From Bacilli bacterium (lineage in GTDB: Bacteria; Bacillota_I; Bacilli_A; ML615J-28; CAG-698), in NCBI GenBank assembly GCA_050953065.1, contig JBMNLZ010000001.1, positions 224,001 through 288,000 of the forward strand: DNA of 64,000 nucleotides, in the 5' to 3' direction. Numbering within the stretch: the first letter of the stretch is position 1; the number at the start of each line of letters is the position of its first letter. A model generated the notes under the pieces. It was not told the origin of the DNA. It saw nothing but the letters and a program-made list of their open reading frames with translations, and searched no databases. This document shows, one piece after another, positions 33,942-43,900 of the stretch. The translations under genes and the position numbers were made by a program.

Positions 33942-34301
33942 CTACCTTTTTATAGCCTTTTTTGCTTGACTACAAATGTTTTTAAATCCATCAGCATCAT
34001 TTATTGCAATTTCAGATAACATTTTTCTATTAATTTTAATAGATGCTAACTTTAAACCATAAATCAATTCACTATATGATAAATCATGCATTCTTGCAGC
34101 AGCATTAATTCTCGTAATCCAAAGTTTTCTAAACTCTCTTTTTCTATTTTTTCTATCTCTATAAGCATAAGTAAGAGATTTCATAACTTGTTGATTAGCA
34201 GTTCTATATAAAGTATGTTTTGATCCAAAATATCCTTTGGCCAATTTAATTATTCTTTTTCTTCTTTTTCTTGATACTACTCCACCTTTAGTTCTTGGCA
34301 T
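33942..34301 (-). CDS. rplT: 50S ribosomal protein L20
   Basis: [29 protein letters not shown]. Confidence 0.99.
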   Translation of the reverse strand: MPRTKGGVVSRKRRKRIIKLAKGYFGSKHTLYRTANQQVMKSLTYAYRDRKNRKREFRKLWITRINAAARMHDLSYSELIYGLKLASIKINRKMLSEIAINDADGFKNICSQAKKAIKR

Positions 34302-34319
34302 AGTTATCCCCTCCTTTTA

Positions 34320-34520
34320 TTATTTTAAATTCGCTATTTGATGTCTAATTCTTCCTAAATCTGAACTAGAAATCATAGCTTTTTTTCTTAAATGTCTAAT
34401 TCTCTTTTGAGTTTTTCCTGGAGCTAAATGACTAGTACCTGGTCTTCCACGCATAATCATTCCACTACCAGTAATTTTAATTCTTTTTTTCGTACCACTG
34501 TGAGTCTTCATTTTTGGCAT
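34320..34520 (-). CDS. rpmI: 50S ribosomal protein L35
   Basis: MPKMKTHSG.KKR.K.TGSG. Confidence 0.98.
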   Translation of the reverse strand: MPKMKTHSGTKKRIKITGSGMIMRGRPGTSHLAPGKTQKRIRHLRKKAMISSSDLGRIRHQIANLK

Positions 34521-34534
34521 TTTAAATCACTCCT

Positions 34535-35074
34535 TTATTTATTATCTTTTTTTGGCATCAAAATTAAAGTCATATTTCTACCCTCTAAAACTGGTGCTTG
34601 TTCAACAGTAGAAATATCAGATAATTTTTCAGCAACCCTATCTAACACAGTATCATTTTGATTCATCATTCCAATCATTCTTCTTTTAGTAAATCTTAAT
34701 GTAACTTTTAATTTACATCCCTCTAAAAGGAATTTTCTACCACTTTTTAATTTGGTTTCCAAATCATTTGAACTAATGACTGGTGACAACCAAATTTCTT
34801 TCATACTAAGAACTTTTTGATTCTTTTTAGCTTCTCTAGCCTTTTTTTGAAGTTCATAGCGATATTTACTATAATTCATAAATCGACATACCGGAATCTT
34901 TGCATTTGGCGCAACACAAACCAAGTCAAAATTTTTCTGTTCCGCTAATTTTACTCCTTCAGAAGGTGTCATTGTACCTAATTGATTTCCATCTTCATCA
35001 ATTACTAAAACTTCTTTAAAAGTAATATTCTCATTAACCAATGTTTCACTTTTCTTATCTAAATTCTTGCTAAT
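34535..35074 (-). CDS. infC: translation initiation factor IF-3 (probable ATT start)
   Basis: NENI, DLVCVAPNAKIPVCRFMNYSKYRYE. AGGAGG is followed by ATT codons at 35077 and 35074, with no suitably spaced ATG. Confidence 0.97.
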   Translation of the reverse strand: MSKNLDKKSETLVNENITFKEVLVIDEDGNQLGTMTPSEGVKLAEQKNFDLVCVAPNAKIPVCRFMNYSKYRYELQKKAREAKKNQKVLSMKEIWLSPVISSNDLETKLKSGRKFLLEGCKLKVTLRFTKRRMIGMMNQNDTVLDRVAEKLSDISTVEQAPVLEGRNMTLILMPKKDNK

Positions 35075-35094
35075 AATTAACACCTCCTAAAATA

Positions 35095-35200
35095 TAAAAG
35101 TGGGCGCAAAGCACCCACAATAAAATATCATAGTATAGATATTTATATACTTACCCGCCAACGTCAGTCAACTAGGTGAGAAGTGAGTACTTCTACTTTT
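35095..35200 (-). ncRNA. L20 leader cis-regulatory RNA
   Basis: Minus strand AGTAGAAGTACTCACTTCTCACCT...TGACGTTGGCGGGT...GTGGGTGC-TTT-GCGCCCAC-TTTT upstream of infC-rpmI-rplT, the Firmicutes L20-leader layout. Confidence 0.85.
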
Positions 35201-35251
35201 ATATATCACTTACTTTGATATTATACAACATTTTTTTGATTAATGCAAGCA

Positions 35252-37951
35252 TTAATTTGATAAATTTACAGGAATTACTCCACGAGCAATATATTCGCCT
35301 TTTAAATAATCTGCAATTGCAGCAACTACAACCGGAGTATAATCATATGCACAAAAATAATTTTTAACTGTTGAATATGAATTAATATCATATGGATTCC
35401 TCATAGCAATCGCTACAAGATTATTATTGTTATTATAAAGTCTAGATACTAATCCCGCAACTGATGTTGTTACATTATACGTGGCAATTACCACTTGTTC
35501 ATAATTTTTAGCAAAATTTACCAAAGAATCAACAGCACTTGCTTTCATTGATTCATTAATAGTTTTATATGTACAATTACTAAAACCATTGTTTTTTAAA
35601 TCCTCTGAAACTGTATATGCTAAAGAATCCATGGCATATCTAGGCGATAGCGTAGAAATAATTAAAGTTGATTTATTAGAATCAAGCCCCGAAAAATTAC
35701 CTTTAACCTTAGTAAAACTACTTCTTGCTAAATTTTCATTTAAAGCAATATGAGTTGGAAACGTAGTGTTCATATTTTCTAAAGAAGGTTTGTTTTCTTC
35801 AAATAAATTATATTTCAATTTTTTCAACAAAATTCTTCTTACAGATTCATCAATTCTACTTTCTTCAATAACATTTGTTTGAACTGCATTTAAAATGCCA
35901 TCGTATGCATCTAAAACATTGCCAGAGTAATCAGTAAATGTTAATAAATCAACACCTGCTTGAACAGCTAAAACTCCTACTTCTCCATACGAAAAGTAAT
36001 TATTAGTGATTGCCCCCATCTCTAATCCATCTGTAACAATTAAACCATCAAAGCCTAATTGATTTCTAAGTATTCCTGTCAAAACAGCATTTGATAGAGT
36101 TGCTGGATTTTCATTATCAACTTCTGAAAAGATTATATGAGTAGTCATTATTGCATCAATACCATTAGAGATAGCATTTTTAAAAGGCAATAACTCTATT
36201 TCATTAAGTCTATCTATATTATGATAAATTATAGGTAAATCAGTATGCGAATCAACAGATGTATCACCATGGCCTGGAAAATGTTTAGCACAACCCATTA
36301 CATTGCTACTAGAAAGTCCTTCAAACATTTTTTGTCCAAAAACAGCAACTTTTGCAGCATCATCAGAGTAACTTCTAACATTAATAATAGGATTAGCAGG
36401 ATTGTTATTAACATCTAAAACTGGTGCAAAATTTAAATTTATACCATAATTTTTAAGTTCTAACCCCATTGCAGCACCTAACTGGTAAGCATTCTCAGGG
36501 TTATTAGTCGCCGCTACTGCCATATTACCTAAAAAATGTGTTGCTCCAACAGTCATTCTTTGAACCATTCCGCCTTCTTGATCAATCGATATAAAGGCCG
36601 GAATTCCTATTTGCGAAGCCACTAAATCTTGAATATTTATACTTAACTTGACAACTTGACTAGTTGAATTAACATTATTTCCCATATAAATAAAATTACC
36701 AAATTTATATTCTTGTATTGTTTCAGTAAAACCAGTTTTTAAGACACCACTATTATCACCAACACCTACAATAAAAAGTTGCCCAATTTTTTCTTCTAGC
36801 GTCATTTCATTAATTATATTATTAACAAATAATAAATCTTGACTATCAGGAGATGAAGTTACAATTTCATATTCTATAACTTCAATTTCAAACGTATCTG
36901 AAACACTTGGATTTTCTATTAAAGATGCTTTAATTTGAGTAGTTCCTTTTACAACTCCAATTACAGTACCATCATATATTTTTAATATTGAATTATTTAA
37001 GCTTTCCCATTTAACAGTACCACTGCCTGTACCATTAAAGTTAACAGCCATTTTAACATTTCTTCCAATTTCAACATAACTTTTACCAGTGATTGTTAGT
37101 TCTGTAGCTATGTCTTCGGTTACTGACAATTCAAAAACACTTTTTATATTACTATCTGATACAAGTGAACAAGTTATATTAACTAATCCAACGCTTTCAC
37201 CTAAAACATTACCTAAATTATCCACAGTTGCAATATCTTCATTTGATGAAGTCCATACAAATGTTTCAGATAAAGATGGCGGTGTAAGTGTAGCACTTAA
37301 ACTTATAGTTGAGCCAACAATAACAGATGAAGGACCACTTATTGAAATAGTTGGCGACAAACCTTCTAAAACCTCTAAATTAAATATCTTAGAAATACTC
37401 CTATCTTGGATAGATGTTGCCGTAATTACTACAGTCCCAGATGATACTCCAAAAACATTACCTTCATTTGAAACAGTCGCAATACTTTCATCACTACTAC
37501 TCCAAGTAACAAGTTGACAAGCATTCGAAGGATTAACATTAGCCGTTAAAACAATAACTTCGCCAATTGAAACTGAATTACTACCTTTAATAATAACTGA
37601 AGTAGGAACAGCACCTACAACTGTAACTGTATGCTGGTCAGAAATACTTGAATCAACTTTAGAAACTGCTGTAATAATAACTTCTCCTTCGCTATGAGCA
37701 TGCAACACACCCGCTTCATCAACTGTTGCGATTTCATCATTACTACTGCTCCATGTAACCAGTTTAGATTGATCACTAGGTGTAACATTAATGCTTAATA
37801 TTAATAAACCTTCTACCTCAACAATATTATCTGCTTCTATCGAAATAGCTGTTAGTTTATCCGTTCCACCAAGCAAACCGCATCCATATAAAGTAATTAA
37901 AATAAACGAACACAATAAAATTAAGAATAAATTGTTAAATTTTTTTGTCAT
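35252..37951 (-). CDS. lipoprotein GH3 beta-N-acetylhexosaminidase (NagZ-like) with four Big_2 Ig-like domains
   Basis: Lipobox LYGC; four VTWSSS..IATV-type Ig repeats; DQEGG, KHFPGHGD, TDGLEMGA. Confidence 0.9.
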   Translation of the reverse strand: MTKKFNNLFLILLCSFILITLYGCGLLGGTDKLTAISIEADNIVEVEGLLILSINVTPSDQSKLVTWSSSNDEIATVDEAGVLHAHSEGEVIITAVSKVDSSISDQHTVTVVGAVPTSVIIKGSNSVSIGEVIVLTANVNPSNACQLVTWSSSDESIATVSNEGNVFGVSSGTVVITATSIQDRSISKIFNLEVLEGLSPTISISGPSSVIVGSTISLSATLTPPSLSETFVWTSSNEDIATVDNLGNVLGESVGLVNITCSLVSDSNIKSVFELSVTEDIATELTITGKSYVEIGRNVKMAVNFNGTGSGTVKWESLNNSILKIYDGTVIGVVKGTTQIKASLIENPSVSDTFEIEVIEYEIVTSSPDSQDLLFVNNIINEMTLEEKIGQLFIVGVGDNSGVLKTGFTETIQEYKFGNFIYMGNNVNSTSQVVKLSINIQDLVASQIGIPAFISIDQEGGMVQRMTVGATHFLGNMAVAATNNPENAYQLGAAMGLELKNYGINLNFAPVLDVNNNPANPIINVRSYSDDAAKVAVFGQKMFEGLSSSNVMGCAKHFPGHGDTSVDSHTDLPIIYHNIDRLNEIELLPFKNAISNGIDAIMTTHIIFSEVDNENPATLSNAVLTGILRNQLGFDGLIVTDGLEMGAITNNYFSYGEVGVLAVQAGVDLLTFTDYSGNVLDAYDGILNAVQTNVIEESRIDESVRRILLKKLKYNLFEENKPSLENMNTTFPTHIALNENLARSSFTKVKGNFSGLDSNKSTLIISTLSPRYAMDSLAYTVSEDLKNNGFSNCTYKTINESMKASAVDSLVNFAKNYEQVVIATYNVTTSVAGLVSRLYNNNNNLVAIAMRNPYDINSYSTVKNYFCAYDYTPVVVAAIADYLKGEYIARGVIPVNLSN

Positions 37952-38013
37952 TTTGCACTCCTTAATACATAATTATTTTATTATAGAATGCACTAAAAAG
38001 CAAGCAAAACGGA

Positions 38014-38721
38014 CTATAAGTCTTTCTTATTATATATAATTAAGTTAAACATTAACAAAACCATCAATACAAATATAACATGAAAAAAGCCATTTATAAA
38101 TTTGTAATTATTTACTATAATGATAAAATAACCAATAATTTGTCTTGCTTTATAACCTACATTTAACATAATCAAACTACAAATATATAAAGAAAAACTA
38201 ATTAATAAAGCATATAAACTTTTAATTATTTGTTGAAAAAGCAGACAAACAAAACCAAAAAAAAGAGAAACTATAAAAATTTTAAAGTATATATCTAAAT
38301 ATAAATATTTAAAATCAAAATATGTATTTTTTACTCTTCCAATTATGATAAACAATTCAAAAGTTACCAAAACATATATAAAAATAATTGTTATTATTAC
38401 AAACATTTTAGAAAGTAAATAATAATTCTTGCTATAGCCTTTACCTATCAAAAAGATACAATAATTGTCATTTTTTTCAGAAAACGCATTAATAAAAATC
38501 ATCATACATACTACGATACTTATAATTTGAACAAATAGATGTGAACTATCTAAATAATTTTTTATTATTTCATAATTAGTAAAATAAATATTACTCTGAT
38601 AAGAAAGCAAATTTATTAACAAACAACTTCCTACACCTATACTCAAAACTATAATTAATAAATTACTAATTAACATCACGTAATGAACTTTAAGAATATA
38701 TAATAATTTCGCCATTTTCAA
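38014..38721 (-). CDS. putative ABC transporter permease
   Basis: About 6 TM segments; overlaps the ABC ATPase gene; G.SK..Y.LSK loop typical of ABC-2-like permeases. Confidence 0.65.
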   Translation of the reverse strand: MKMAKLLYILKVHYVMLISNLLIIVLSIGVGSCLLINLLSYQSNIYFTNYEIIKNYLDSSHLFVQIISIVVCMMIFINAFSEKNDNYCIFLIGKGYSKNYYLLSKMFVIITIIFIYVLVTFELFIIIGRVKNTYFDFKYLYLDIYFKIFIVSLFFGFVCLLFQQIIKSLYALLISFSLYICSLIMLNVGYKARQIIGYFIIIVNNYKFINGFFHVIFVLMVLLMFNLIIYNKKDL

Positions 38722-39298
38722 TTTTTAATACTCTATCAAAATATTTTTTATACAACTTAGGAAAATGAGTTGCTACGATGATTGACTTTTTTTGTTTCTT
38801 TAAAGATATAATTTTTGAAAAAAATTTTTTTTGAGATATTTCATCTAATCCATTTAAAGGTTCATCCAAAATATATAGTTCTTCTTCTTTTAAAAGCATA
38901 TTTATTATCATTAATTTTTGAAACATCCCTTTCGATAAATTATTCACTTTCTTATCTTTGTGTTCATACAACCCCCACTCTTTAAGATAAGTTTCTATTA
39001 ATTTGTTTTTTTTATGAAACAACTCTAAAAAAGACTTAATAGTAATATGATTTGGCAATAAACACTTATCAGGTAAATAACCTATATTATCACTATTTTT
39101 TTGAATACTTCCACTTGTCAAATTGACAAGTCCTATAATTATTTTAATAATAGTCGTTTTACCCGTCCCATTTTCCCCAATTAGAATATATGAGGTTTTA
39201 GAATCTATTTCAAAACTACTGTTTTTTATAATTAATCTGTTCTTGTATTTCTTTGTTACGTTTAATAATTTAATTAAAATCATAAAAATATCTTTCAA
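38690..39298 (-). CDS. ABC transporter ATP-binding protein
   Basis: GENGTGKT Walker A, LSKGM signature, ILDEP Walker B, ATH. Confidence 0.95.
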   Translation of the reverse strand: MKDIFMILIKLLNVTKKYKNRLIIKNSSFEIDSKTSYILIGENGTGKTTIIKIIIGLVNLTSGSIQKNSDNIGYLPDKCLLPNHITIKSFLELFHKKNKLIETYLKEWGLYEHKDKKVNNLSKGMFQKLMIINMLLKEEELYILDEPLNGLDEISQKKFFSKIISLKKQKKSIIVATHFPKLYKKYFDRVLKIENGEIIIYS

Positions 39299-40223
39299 TC
39301 ATTGATTTTTCTGATGTCGATAAAGAAAAATCTCTGAAAAACAAAAAGTTATCAAAAATGATTTCTTTATTAACGCCTTGTTTTTCAAAACAAATTTTAA
39401 AAGGCAACTTATTTGTTTTATACAATTTTTCATATTTAATAGGAACAAAGAAACTAAATATCTCATTTGGACTAATGTAATAATCTAAAATTAAGGGATT
39501 TTCTTTGATAAAAAAATCATATTTTTTATTTAAAATTTCTTCAACATTTTTTCTAGGCGAATCTATTGAACTTGGACTAACTATATTTCTTAAAGAAAAA
39601 CTTATATTTTTATCAAATGATTCAACACTATTTAATTTAATTACAGTAGATGATCTATTTTCAATTCTAATTTCTACTCCTGCTAATGTATCTATTTGAT
39701 TTATAGTATTCTTTAAACCTAATATATGATTAACTGAAACATCATTATCTGATGTACCTATATGTGAAACCCTAGTATAAGTAAAATTACCTATTTCTAA
39801 TTCTAAGGTTTCATCATTAAAATATTCAAGACTAATCAAAGCTTCTTTTATTTCTAAAGGTTCTGGAGAATTAATATTTGTATTAATAAAAAAGCTAAAG
39901 ATAAAAATATGATATTTTTTAGCACCTATTTTTATCTTTGAATCTGCTTTTGTAATACTTTTTAAATCTAGTTTAACTACATTTGATTCATCTTTATCTT
40001 TTAAATAAACTTCATCAATTTGAACTATATCAGAAAAGAAAGATTTATCTAAATTAGCAAAAATTTCTAGTTCAAAATCTTGGCCTTGATATTTTTCTTC
40101 AACAATAAAATATGATTGAGGCATTATAGACAATTCTAAATTATCAACCTTACTACAAGCTACTAATAAAGTGAAGAAACTCAAAAATAAAGTAGGTAGT
40201 AATAAATAAAGATATTTTTTCAT
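39270..40223 (-). CDS. hypothetical lipoprotein
   Basis: Signal peptide plus LVAC lipobox; beta-rich; ATGA-coupled to the upstream gene. Confidence 0.7.
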   Translation of the reverse strand: MKKYLYLLLPTLFLSFFTLLVACSKVDNLELSIMPQSYFIVEEKYQGQDFELEIFANLDKSFFSDIVQIDEVYLKDKDESNVVKLDLKSITKADSKIKIGAKKYHIFIFSFFINTNINSPEPLEIKEALISLEYFNDETLELEIGNFTYTRVSHIGTSDNDVSVNHILGLKNTINQIDTLAGVEIRIENRSSTVIKLNSVESFDKNISFSLRNIVSPSSIDSPRKNVEEILNKKYDFFIKENPLILDYYISPNEIFSFFVPIKYEKLYKTNKLPFKICFEKQGVNKEIIFDNFLFFRDFSLSTSEKSMIERYFYDFN

Positions 40224-40843
40224 AAATCTTCCTCATAATATAAATAATATTCAGAAATAACATCCATTATTTCCCATGTTCCTTTTTTAAATACAATTCC
40301 AAAGAATCTATATTGACTTACTCCATTTGAAATTCTTGCTTCTCCTACTACTTTAACTGCAAGTTTTTTATGTGCAGGTACTGTAATTTTCATTTCAACT
40401 TTTTCAACCCTTGTATAAGATTCTTTTTTACCAATCGTATGTTCTATTTCGCCACCTAGAGCTCCTTTTAAGTTTTTATTTGATGCATCTAGTTTCAGAC
40501 TAAGTTTCCCTGATGTCTTTATACTTCTTTCATATTCTACTGTCTCTGCAATATCATGATCAAAAATAAGCGGTACATCTAAATTGTTTTCTCTAGCAAA
40601 AACAATTTTACCCACGTAATGAAACTCTTGATTAATATTTAAATAATATACATTCCAACCGATAAATCTTTTTCCTAGTTTTTTAAAGGCTTCATTAATA
40701 TCAGATACAGCATAATCTTCAATTAATTTTGCTTCTTCATACTCAAACTCAATTTCTTTAAAATCTGGATAATTAATACTAGCATTAATACTACAAAGAG
40801 AAATATTTAAAACAACTAAAACAAAAATTATAATTTTTTTCAT
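40220..40843 (-). CDS. secreted hypothetical protein, possible aerolysin/ETX-MTX2-like beta fold
   Basis: Signal peptide and AGGAGG SD; alternating amphipathic beta segment followed by ITVPAHKK. Confidence 0.6.
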   Translation of the reverse strand: MKKIIIFVLVVLNISLCSINASINYPDFKEIEFEYEEAKLIEDYAVSDINEAFKKLGKRFIGWNVYYLNINQEFHYVGKIVFARENNLDVPLIFDHDIAETVEYERSIKTSGKLSLKLDASNKNLKGALGGEIEHTIGKKESYTRVEKVEMKITVPAHKKLAVKVVGEARISNGVSQYRFFGIVFKKGTWEIMDVISEYYLYYEEDL

Positions 40844-40895
40844 TTTATACCTCCTATTAATATATTTGCTAGATTTTATCTTTTTACTCTAATTT

Positions 40896-40930
40896 AAAAA
40901 AACACTTTATCAAAAGATAAAGTGTTTTTT
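40896..40930 (-). terminator. rho-independent terminator
   Basis: AAAAAACACTTTATC-AAAA-GATAAAGTGTTTTTT. Confidence 0.9.
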
Positions 40931-40943
40931 AAATCTTTATTAA

Positions 40944-43900
40944 TTACGGTGCACTAGTTACTGCAATATAAGCTTCTCTTAGAGCATCAGTAATATCTCT
41001 GAAATCTGTAGTATCTGTAACTGTAAATACAGTTGGATCAGAAACATATGGATCAATTGATGGAATTCCTAACAACACTTCAACGCTATCTACTGTAGAA
41101 TCAACTATCTTCTGCATTGTAGGTTTCAAAGTTCCTGTATCAGCCATAGCATTAAATACATCCCCCAATTGATTTGTTTGTTCCACGCTCGACCAATCTA
41201 TTCCAGATAAACTATGCGAAGAACCACCAAGCGTTCTTAATTCACCAATTATTAAAATTAAATCAGCTATTTCTGCATCCCATGCATCATGGATTTGTTC
41301 TTTAGTTGCAGTAAGAGGGTCTGTAATACCACTTTGTATTAATAAAACATTAGCCTCATCACCAAGATCATTAATTTCAAAGTTTGGTCCAAAGAAAGTA
41401 TTCAAGCTAGAAAGCATTGCATATCTAATTTGATTAATATCTAACAAGAACGAATCATTGATATTATATAAAATACCTTCTAAAACATTAAGTGGAACTG
41501 TATCATCTAATGGATCAATTGGTGAAGTAATACTTACTCCATTAGTATTAGCAGTATATAACAAGTTAGTAATTAAATCGATTTCATCTTTCCAATCTGC
41601 ATCTGTTGCATCATCAGCACTTTCTGGAGACATCCATGAAGGTTCACCAGGAGGTAGGCTCTCATCAAACTTTTCTTTAATTGAAGTTTGTAAGATTGGT
41701 CTTAAAACAGTTGATTTATTTAAATTATGTAATAAGTTTGCTAAATTATCTCGTTCTTCTAAAGTAACAATGTTTTCAAAACCTGTATAAGTATCCAAAT
41801 CTGATGCATCAGACATTGCCTTCAATAATAAATATAATTCAGTATATTCATTTAAGCTAACTTCAGGGTATAGATTTAAAACAGTATAAACTGGCATTTC
41901 TCCCCATTCTATAGGATTTTCTGCATCATTTATTCTAGTTATAGCCTTATCATATCTAGTATCACCAGTATCAGTTAATACTTTAGTTATCATTTTTTCC
42001 AATGAATTTTCCAATACATTAGAATGTAATAAACCTTCTTCAACGCCATCAATATTAGCATTTTTTAATGTATCAAATGTAATATTATCATGATCTACTC
42101 CAGCATCTTGTAATAATTTAAGAGCTTCTAAGAAAGGTAATAACTCTCCTTCTACTAAAACACCTGAAACATATTCTCTATACCAATCTTCGTGAGCAGG
42201 TGCTACAATATAATGTTCCATAGGTCCACCTGCACCAACTTCACCTTCAACTTGATAAACTATAGAATTTTCAACGATTCTTGAATCTACCAACACATTA
42301 AAGTTTTTGCCTAAAATTACTGCCATTTGATTACCTAAGAATAGGTTGATAGCATCTTCAATGCTTCCCTCTCCTATTAACTCATCAAAACCACTAATAA
42401 CTTTACTTGCTTCACCTTCATATGATAAAACATAATCTTCATCATATTCGTTATACCAATCCTCAACTTCAATATAATTACCACCATTATATAAATCATC
42501 AGGAATTCTTAAAAGAGGATTAGCTAAAGATTGAGCAACTAACTCTTCTACGATTGACTCAGAAATAATTCTAGACATCAATAAAGTAGTTTTATTGTCT
42601 TGAAGATTACTAACTCCAGAAATAGAAACTTCTGAAAGTTTACGATTAGGAGTATCGTCTAACATTTTATTTATAGCTTTTATCAAAAATCTTAATTCTC
42701 TACCACCATCAGGTCTCCAAATTGGATCATTGATATCATACCTAATATTCAAATATTCATGAGTTTCTCCAGCAATTATAATTCTATTAACAATTGACAA
42801 AAACATTACTTCTGAAGCTTCCAAAGTATCAATTTCTTCATCATTATAATTAAGAACTCTATCGGCAACAGCCTCACCATTACCTTCGATTCCACTAATT
42901 GTACCTTCAGATACCAAAATTATTGCTTTAAGTAATCTCTTTAACTCGGCATTCCAGATAGGATCTGTTTCTTCAAAAGGAATATATAATACATTATTAG
43001 GAGCTTCTTCTGTATATCTATATTCATAAAGTCTATTGATTATAGTTGCAGAGATTATTGCTGAAGCAACTAATTGATCAAGTTGTTCATCTGTTAAAGC
43101 TAAAACATTATCTATAATTTCTGCAGGAGTTGGCGCAGCAATTCCTCCAGTAATTAGAGCAACTGACATTAATAATTTTCTTAATTCACCATCTCTTGAA
43201 GTATCGTTCAAATCTACTCCATCAGGAATTACAATTATTGCTCCAGCTCCTTCGGCGTGCTTAGCAACTTGATAAACTATTGTATCACTTAAAATAATAG
43301 ATTCAAAAATAATATCTAAATCATCATCAGTAAGATCACTTACTAAATTTATTGAACCAAGCCGATCATGCATCTCGTCAAAAGTTGACACATCCCCCAT
43401 TAATATTCCTAACCCTCCAAAGAATCTTGATAATTCCCCAGGATTATCATCATCAATATATTTCCAATCATCATCAGAAACATTTGAAACAACAATTATA
43501 TCATAAAGAGGTCCACCTGGCTCTGCTGCATCCTTTACAAAATTAACCAAAGTATTTCTAAATACCGTTGATTTAATACATTGTATTAATTCAGTATTAG
43601 ATAATGACATGAAAACACTCTCAATATCAGGATATGTTTCAAATCTAACTTGTATTAATCTAACGGCTTTGAAGAAATCTTCGATTTCTGCTTGAGTCCA
43701 TTCATCTTCTTCCAGCAATGCAAGTGGTGTTGCTGATGAAATATCAACAGCTACCATTTGAATTAATTTATTTAAAAGCGATTTATAAACATCTGATCTA
43801 ATCATATAGAAAGCAAGATCTTTAATTTGCTCATCTGTAGCATCAATTAACATGAAGTTTGAACCTATCAAGTCCATTTCAACACTAATCCTACTTGCAT

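Noticed and set aside
34535-35083. Non-ATG start of infC
   Set aside because: The ATT start is the well-known IF3 autoregulation feature, not novel.
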